The notes under the pieces were generated by a model. That model saw only the letters and a list, made by a program, of their open reading frames with translations. It was not told the DNA's origin and ran no database searches. Below are positions 57,840-64,000 of a stretch of DNA of 64,000 nucleotides, in pieces. The translations under genes and the position numbers were made by a program. This stretch comes from Pseudofulvibacter geojedonensis. GTDB taxonomy: Bacteria > Bacteroidota > Bacteroidia > Flavobacteriales > Flavobacteriaceae. Every line of letters starts with the position of its first letter. Positions within the stretch are counted from its first letter, which is position 1. The stretch lies in assembly GCF_042675745.1 (NCBI RefSeq), contig NZ_JBHTJM010000002.1, positions 96,563-160,562 of the forward strand. Direction: 5' to 3'.

Positions 57840-60800
57840 TTACTTAATAATTATTTTCTTGGTTACTGATACTTTATCGTTATAACTAAACTGAACCAAA
57901 TAAGAACCTGATGATACTTGTGTTGGTAACAACAACTCGGTAACCCCTTGGTATTGCTTATTACTTTTTAATACTTCTTGACCCAGTATATTATATACCT
58001 TAATATTTGAAGCATTAAATGGTTTAGAATTATTAATACTTATTGCTCCTAATTGTGCATTGTAATACACTACCATATCTTCTGGAGTAAATTCTTCATC
58101 ATCAATATTTAATATCTCTGATGTTCTAAACACTACAGAAAAACGATTGTTATACACTCCGGTATCTAAAGTAAACTCGGCAGCTATATTTTGTTCTAAC
58201 CTTGTTTCTGTTTGTAGTTCTGAATCTTTAAAATATACATCTATATTTTCATCTAAATCAGCTAAACTAGATACATTAAACTTACATAACCCTGATGTTC
58301 CCACATTAATACTTAGTGGTAACTCTAATCCCTCATGAATTAAACCTATTCCTTGTATTACATATGGCTCTTCTGTTATTTTCCAGCCACAATCGGTATG
58401 TTGCTCATTAAATCGTTTGGCATCATAACCATAATCTATCTCTTGTGTTAAACCTTCTTTTACTCCTAATAACAATTGCCTTACTGTTCCTTCTGGAGTC
58501 GTAAAATGAAAATAAACTCTGTCTATTGACTCTTCTGATGTTGATGAAGTTGATACTTCTTCTGATGCTCTTACAAAGGTTGAGTTTCCTCCTGATTCTT
58601 TTTCGAATGCTCGCTGACCATTGTTAAACTCTACCGTTCCTCCATCTGAATCACCATAGACCATAAAACCTTGACCTACTGGAATGTATCGCTTAGGAAC
58701 TATCGTTCCTGAACCATTACTTGACACCATAGGATCTGATACTGCCATAACATGACCTGTTAAATTTAATGATGAGTATCCTCCCTCATAAGCATCTAAA
58801 TTATGTGAGTTACCTCCCCAATGTTCCCAAAAATACAAGGCCCCTGTGGTAGACGGATTTCCTCCTATATTATCATTTATAAACGCATGGGCATCTAAAG
58901 CACTCGCATATGGATTTCCTAATAAAGACATATTATTCCCTCCTATACTGTGTTGAATAACTCCGTTATTAGGTTTTCCTACAAATGTATAGTTTTGTGT
59001 TGCTGTTGCAGCTCCTGATCCTTTTAAAGTAAATCCTTGCCCTACACTAAATGTTCCTGTAGACTGTGGGTGTGTCCAGTTAGCATAAGCGTCAGGACTG
59101 TTATCGAATTTAAAAATCCAAAATTCAGCTAAACTTATTGGGTTGCCTGTAGCTCCATCATAACCAGCTATCCAATTAATAGCCTGAGGGCTAGAAGGTG
59201 TTGTTCCATCTCTCAATATATCAGATACTGTGTAAGAAGTATTATTAGCCGTTGTATTTATAGGGTTTACAGGTGAAGACCAATAATTATAATGATACAA
59301 ATTACTCTTTCCGTCTTGATCTCTCTCTATGTATCCTGAGCTTGATATAGCTAAATCTGAGTTTGATGTCTGAATTAACTGACTCTCGCCTACTAAATCT
59401 ATTTCACCATCTAACTCTAGGTAACTAGTATTTTGTAATAACTGATCGTTCTGAACCTCTAACTCTGAACCCAAATCTACCAAAAGCCCCAAATGAGTAT
59501 GGCTAGCTGTAGTAGTAACTTTAGAATTGTTGGTTACCTGTACTATTGCCCAATCTTTGTTTGGTAAACTTGTTATATCCCAAACAGAACCATTTTGCCA
59601 AGTTCCTACTGTTGACCAATCACCTGATGCATTAGCTACATATGGAAGTGGTGCGGTTTGCACCATAACAGAAGTTATATTATTTAAAAATCCGTTTTTA
59701 GCTGCACCAGAATTGTCTATTAACGTGATATCATAGATAAGATCCATATCATAATATAAAACTAAATCACTCCAATTAATTGAGCCATTATCTATATCTT
59801 TAGGTATAGTGCTACCGTGAACTTTTCCTCCTACATTTTCTACTTCCTGGTAAATTTGTTCTCTTATTTGGTTATCTATTAGTGCCTTATTGTATACTTT
59901 TACCTCATCTATAGCTCCACTAAAATAGTTATTAGTTCCTGCAGAACTCCTACCTACAGCAAAATCGCTTGTATCATCTTTTAAGTTTAAGTTAGCGCCT
60001 AAACCGGTTCCTTGCCAAACTTGGCTTCCATTTAAAAACAACGTTACATTTCCTGTTGTTCCATCAAATTTTGTAGTAGCATGATACCATAAATCACGTT
60101 GTAAAACAGGTGCACTTCCGTTAGGAGTTTCAATTGTAGTTACTGGAGCACACCCACTGCAGGTTGCCGTATATGTCCAAGTATTATTTGTTTTATTAGT
60201 TCCTATTGGAGAGTTATGTATTTGTGTACCATCTTCTACAGTTAGTGTAAACGCCTCTTGCTGTGTTTGGTTATTTGTAGCTCCATTTCTATCATATTTT
60301 AAGTCAATTGTATCTCCAGGGTTAGCTTCAAAAGTAACTGATGTGTTAGGTTGGCCTACTTCGGTAGTTAACCAATCAGTGGGGAAACCTCCAATAGGAA
60401 ACTGCATCCAAGCACCACCATTAATTCTTACTTGCAGATATCCTATCCACCCATCGGCTGGTGAGCTATCTTCCATATTTAAGGTATAAGTATAAGTTGG
60501 TGAGCCTGTTCTTACCCTAGTTTTTAATCTTCTAGAACCATCTACATATAATTTAAAATTATCTTGACCACAAACATCACCAGTAGCAGAAAACCCATTA
60601 CTTAATTTTATCCAAGCAGACATAGTGCTTCCTGTAAATCCTCCAAAAAATGGAGATGAATTTACATAATCATCTACCCCATCAAAATCAATATCAGACT
60701 TAGGAGGTAGATCAAATATTTGGATTGGTGCTATAAAAATACCCGAGTCATAAACAGCGTCATTAGTATCTGCTATTGCCATTTTCATATGATAAGTAAT

Positions 60801-61592
60801 ACCCGGTCGTAAAATAGTATAAGCCCTTAATAATTTGGTAAAACCATTATACATCATATGATGAGGACCATTAGTAGCTGTATCTAAAAAATCATCTGAA
60901 GTATCTGCAGGAGTTCCATTATCATCCATTACATAATTTACATTAAAAGAACTTGTATTGGTTAACACACAAGGATTTAATGCTGCGTCTCCACTAGCTC
61001 CTACGGTTCCATTATTTACATAATTTACCGCTACATTATTTCCTCCTACAGATGCAATGTTTGTGGTTCCTGTTAAATCTCCTCCAGAAATAAAAAAACC
61101 AAAAATGTCATTTTTATCTGAACAAACATAATCTGGATACTCCTCTGAAGCAAATTGATAATCTAGTGCAAATATCTTAGGTTCTGTACCGGCTATTGTA
61201 AAGTCATATTCATAAATAACAACATCATAGTTGGCTTTAGTATCTATTGCTATTAAATCTACATCGTTGTATTGAGTACTACTTTGTTCATCATCATCAC
61301 CTTGTACAGAACTCTGACTATTAATAGACCTATTAACTCTTCCGGTTGTTAATATTATACCACTATCTATATCTAAACCTGCACCTGCTATACCATTAGA
61401 AAACAGACCTCTCTGCCTATTTCCTCCGTTAGTTATAACAGGACTTGTAATTGTAAAACCACCGTTAACTGATAATTGAGTAGCTAATTGGGCGGCAGAT
61501 GAACCTTGGGTTGGTGTTGCCTGGGCATTTATATCTGAAAAAGTAAACAAGACAGATAAAAACAATATCACCCCAATAATATTTGTTTTCAT
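57840..61592 (-). CDS. Large (1250 aa) T9SS-secreted cell-surface protein with a LamG/ConA-like jelly-roll domain
   Basis: It has a signal peptide, a LamG-like segment (MSAWIKLSNGF...NFKLYVDGSRRLKTRVR...ALIDNQIR), abundant beta-rich sequence and a C-terminal Por sorting domain (...SGSYLVQFSYNDKVSVTKKIIIK). Confidence 0.75.
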   Translation of the reverse strand: MKTNIIGVILFLSVLFTFSDINAQATPTQGSSAAQLATQLSVNGGFTITSPVITNGGNRQRGLFSNGIAGAGLDIDSGIILTTGRVNRSINSQSSVQGDDDEQSSTQYNDVDLIAIDTKANYDVVIYEYDFTIAGTEPKIFALDYQFASEEYPDYVCSDKNDIFGFFISGGDLTGTTNIASVGGNNVAVNYVNNGTVGASGDAALNPCVLTNTSSFNVNYVMDDNGTPADTSDDFLDTATNGPHHMMYNGFTKLLRAYTILRPGITYHMKMAIADTNDAVYDSGIFIAPIQIFDLPPKSDIDFDGVDDYVNSSPFFGGFTGSTMSAWIKLSNGFSATGDVCGQDNFKLYVDGSRRLKTRVRTGSPTYTYTLNMEDSSPADGWIGYLQVRINGGAWMQFPIGGFPTDWLTTEVGQPNTSVTFEANPGDTIDLKYDRNGATNNQTQQEAFTLTVEDGTQIHNSPIGTNKTNNTWTYTATCSGCAPVTTIETPNGSAPVLQRDLWYHATTKFDGTTGNVTLFLNGSQVWQGTGLGANLNLKDDTSDFAVGRSSAGTNNYFSGAIDEVKVYNKALIDNQIREQIYQEVENVGGKVHGSTIPKDIDNGSINWSDLVLYYDMDLIYDITLIDNSGAAKNGFLNNITSVMVQTAPLPYVANASGDWSTVGTWQNGSVWDITSLPNKDWAIVQVTNNSKVTTTASHTHLGLLVDLGSELEVQNDQLLQNTSYLELDGEIDLVGESQLIQTSNSDLAISSSGYIERDQDGKSNLYHYNYWSSPVNPINTTANNTSYTVSDILRDGTTPSSPQAINWIAGYDGATGNPISLAEFWIFKFDNSPDAYANWTHPQSTGTFSVGQGFTLKGSGAATATQNYTFVGKPNNGVIQHSIGGNNMSLLGNPYASALDAHAFINDNIGGNPSTTGALYFWEHWGGNSHNLDAYEGGYSSLNLTGHVMAVSDPMVSSNGSGTIVPKRYIPVGQGFMVYGDSDGGTVEFNNGQRAFEKESGGNSTFVRASEEVSTSSTSEESIDRVYFHFTTPEGTVRQLLLGVKEGLTQEIDYGYDAKRFNEQHTDCGWKITEEPYVIQGIGLIHEGLELPLSINVGTSGLCKFNVSSLADLDENIDVYFKDSELQTETRLEQNIAAEFTLDTGVYNNRFSVVFRTSEILNIDDEEFTPEDMVVYYNAQLGAISINNSKPFNASNIKVYNILGQEVLKSNKQYQGVTELLLPTQVSSGSYLVQFSYNDKVSVTKKIIIK

Positions 61593-61746
61593 AATTTATA
61601 ATTTTGGATTAATGTTACATATAACACACCTGTGTTAAATTGATATCGCAAAATTATACCAGAGACCTAGTTCTTAAGGCTAAATAAACTCACAAGCTTC
61701 TCATATTACTTTAGTTTTAACTCATTTTTTTCTAATATAGCAAACT

Positions 61747-63732
61747 TTGAATACTGAATTTCAAAACATTAACCCTTATCATGCATATATGAAGAAGTTT
61801 GTTCTTTATTTATTATTACTAATGTCTTTTTCTATCTTTTCACAAAATAGCAATCAATACCGAGAAGATGATTTAAAAAGAATTGATAGTTTAAAAACCT
61901 TACTTGAAAATAAAAATTTAACGACCAGAGAGCGTGTTCAATTTTTAGAAGATTTAACCTATACTTATTTCCTAAATAACGAAACTCAACTTGCGGATAA
62001 ATACATTAACAAAATTGAACAAATTGCTATAGAAGAAAAGGATACTATTTCTTTAGCAATTAGCTATAAAGGAAAAGCTTTTATCTCCTATAGAAAAGGG
62101 GAAGACAAAGACAAAATTCCTAATCTAAAAAAAGCTATTTCACTCTTCTCAAACTACAAAGGTAATTTTCCTAATAAAAACCAGCAGTTATACTCTTGTT
62201 ACACTTTTTTAAGTGAGCTACATATTGAAGTAAATAATTATGGTGATGCTAGTAAGGCCGTTTTAAAAGCTAAGGAATTTATCTCCAATAAAGATGATAT
62301 CAATTCTAATTATGCCAAAATCGATGTACTAAACATTCAAGGTTACATTAATAGCGAAATTGAAAATAATGCGGAGGCTTTAAAAAACCTCAAAGACGCT
62401 CTAGTTTTAGAAACTAAAATAAATGATGATTTTGGAAAAGCTAATACTTATAATGCTATAGGTATTATTTACAGTAAACAAAAAAACGAAACCAAAGCTT
62501 TAGAATATTATCAACTTGCCTTAGACATACATTTAAAACTAAAAAATAAAGATGCTATTGGTACATGTTATAACAATATTGCCATCTCATATTATGAATT
62601 AGGTGAGTACAAAAAAGCAAGAAATTTATTGTTTAAATCCATTGAAATTGCATTAGACATTAACCACAAGACTCTATTAGCCGACAGTTACTTATATATG
62701 GGGAAATCTTATATTGCTGAAAACAAAATAGACTTAGGTTTATTAAACATTACTAAGTCTATAAATTATTCTCACGAAATAAAATCTCCTACCCTTATAG
62801 TTGAAAATTTATTAGTAAAAGTAGATGTTGCTAATAAACACAATAACACGGCAAAAGCAATAGCGTTATTAAATGAAGCATTACCATATATAAATAAAAC
62901 AGAAACCATAGACCTTAAAAAAAGGGTCTACGAAAGTCTAACTAAAACTTACGCTAAAACCAATGTTGAAAAATCTAATTTTTATAACCAGAAATATAAA
63001 GAAGTTAAAGATAGTATTGAATTTACTCAACAAAAACACAAAACTGATGTTCTAAAAGCAGAATTTGACAACCTAAAAATAAAAGCTGATTTAAAAAATA
63101 GAGATCATGCACTATTACTAGCAAAAGAAAGAGAAAATGCAGCAAAAACTAAGTTTAGATTGCTTACAGCTATGGCTTCACTATTTATTATTGCTTTAGT
63201 TATAATTACTCTTAGACAAGTTAAATTGAATAAAACTAGAAAGAAAATGTGGCTAGCACAAAAAGAAGTTCTAGCCTTGAAACAAGAAAAATTGGACAAT
63301 GAAATTAGTTTTAAAAACCAACAGATTACAGATTTTGCCATTCATATTTCTGAAAAAAATGAGCTTTTAGAAAAAATTAAACAAAAAATTAAAAATGTAA
63401 ATATTCCTAACCAAACAAGCTCAAGGCAGATTAGTGATTTAATTTTATTTATAAACGATGACATTAATCAAAATAAAGAGAAAGCACAGCTATATTCTGA
63501 AATAGATGAAACAACCGAATCGTTTAATCACAAAATAGACAGCCTTTATAATAATTTAACTGAAAAAGAAAGAAAAATTGCCACTTTAGTAAGACTTAAT
63601 CATACTTCTAAACAAATAGCCTTGCAACTTAATATCACTCCTGCTAGTGTAGACAATTACAGGTCTAACTTAAGAAAGAAAATGAATATACCTAAAGAAA
63701 TTTCACTCGCTAAATTCATTAAAAACATTTAA
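61747..63732 (+). CDS. One-component transmembrane regulator: signal peptide, periplasmic TPR repeats, a single TM, a cytoplasmic coiled coil and a LuxR-type HTH
   Basis: It has TPR-like repeats (AIGTCYNNIAISYYELGEYKKARNLLFKS...), a TM (LLTAMASLFIIALVIITL) and a C-terminal HTH (LTEKERKIATLVRLNHTSKQIALQLNITPASVDNYRSNLRKKM). Confidence 0.75.
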   Translation: MNTEFQNINPYHAYMKKFVLYLLLLMSFSIFSQNSNQYREDDLKRIDSLKTLLENKNLTTRERVQFLEDLTYTYFLNNETQLADKYINKIEQIAIEEKDTISLAISYKGKAFISYRKGEDKDKIPNLKKAISLFSNYKGNFPNKNQQLYSCYTFLSELHIEVNNYGDASKAVLKAKEFISNKDDINSNYAKIDVLNIQGYINSEIENNAEALKNLKDALVLETKINDDFGKANTYNAIGIIYSKQKNETKALEYYQLALDIHLKLKNKDAIGTCYNNIAISYYELGEYKKARNLLFKSIEIALDINHKTLLADSYLYMGKSYIAENKIDLGLLNITKSINYSHEIKSPTLIVENLLVKVDVANKHNNTAKAIALLNEALPYINKTETIDLKKRVYESLTKTYAKTNVEKSNFYNQKYKEVKDSIEFTQQKHKTDVLKAEFDNLKIKADLKNRDHALLLAKERENAAKTKFRLLTAMASLFIIALVIITLRQVKLNKTRKKMWLAQKEVLALKQEKLDNEISFKNQQITDFAIHISEKNELLEKIKQKIKNVNIPNQTSSRQISDLILFINDDINQNKEKAQLYSEIDETTESFNHKIDSLYNNLTEKERKIATLVRLNHTSKQIALQLNITPASVDNYRSNLRKKMNIPKEISLAKFIKNI

Positions 63733-63784
63733 TTAATTTAGTATTTTAAAATATCAATCATCCCTTTATTATCAATTACTCACT

Positions 63785-64000
63785 ATGAGATTATTCTATA
63801 TATTTTTATTATCCTTTTATATTGGTAATACTCAAACGCCTTTCTATCAAAAAAAAGTAGACAGCATTGAGACTATTATTAAAAATAACTCTGACAATTA
63901 CTCTACTCTAGTTAAAGAGATAAATGCTTTATTAAAATTACACCAAAACAATAATAACTTTGACAATCAATTAGAATTAATAAATACTTTAGAACAATTA
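63785..64000 (+). CDS. 5' fragment of a second secreted TPR-type regulator, truncated by the window end
   Basis: The sequence starts MRLFYIFLLSFYIGNTQTPFYQKKVDSIE..., with the same N-terminal architecture as the preceding gene. Confidence 0.45.
   Translation, partial: MRLFYIFLLSFYIGNTQTPFYQKKVDSIETIIKNNSDNYSTLVKEINALLKLHQNNNNFDNQLELINTLEQL

Noticed and set aside
1-64000. A search for CRISPR arrays, integrases/transposases, rRNA genes and prophage structural genes
   Set aside because: I found no direct-repeat/spacer arrays, no recognisable recombinase or transposase motifs and no phage capsid, terminase or portal-like ORFs. The tRNA-His is not flanked by an integrase.

Overview
This is an AT-rich segment that looks like a Bacteroidota (Flavobacteriia-like) chromosome. 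The signs are several proteins with C-terminal type IX secretion (T9SS) sorting domains, a DUF2795 gene immediately upstream of secA, and a candidate Bacteroidetes-type TAnnTTTG -7 promoter box upstream of the DUF2795-secA pair. I count about 57 protein-coding genes, one tRNA-His and no rRNA, CRISPR array or recognisable IS/transposon.

In order along the window:
- 1-13.3 kb, minus strand: a surface-polysaccharide locus with OPX/Wza, a Wzc BY-kinase with a YGYGYG tail, a Wzm/Wzt ABC exporter, an HTTM-domain membrane protein, and a Fuc4NAc-type sugar pathway (WecE aminotransferase, GT56 WecF-like transferase, two hexapeptide acetyltransferases, ATP-grasp, HAD, SDR epimerase).
- 13.3-20.5 kb: ABC-F ATPase, SAM methyltransferase, PduO-type corrinoid adenosyltransferase, DUF2795 and secA.
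- 20.7-25.2 kb: two tandem secreted phosphatases, both T9SS cargo.
- 26.3-27.8 kb: a LexA-like XRE-S24 repressor followed by an M23 peptidase.
- 28.0-33.1 kb, co-directional: hypothetical proteins, YbjQ, PspA, an NfeD-like protein and a flotillin.
- 33.2-40.0 kb: a tightly coupled, uncharacterised four-gene operon encoding a small tail-anchored membrane protein, a 1621-aa coiled-coil protein with a C-terminal MoxR/AAA_5-class AAA+ domain, a 203-aa mini P-loop NTPase and a 340-aa two-TM protein with beta-rich lobes. This is the best candidate for a novel system in the window.
- 40-56 kb: housekeeping and accessory genes (radical SAM, MeaB, amidohydrolase, PAP2, MATE, cupin, DinB-like, DUF1456, a frameshifted outer-membrane beta-barrel gene, M28 peptidase, PPK2, an HTH-less sigma54 response regulator, MscS, an ABC transporter).
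- 56.6-64 kb: tRNA-His, bshB1, hairpin repeats, a 1250-aa T9SS-secreted LamG-like giant and TPR-LuxR regulators.

All product assignments come from motif and architecture recognition by eye. No database search was run.
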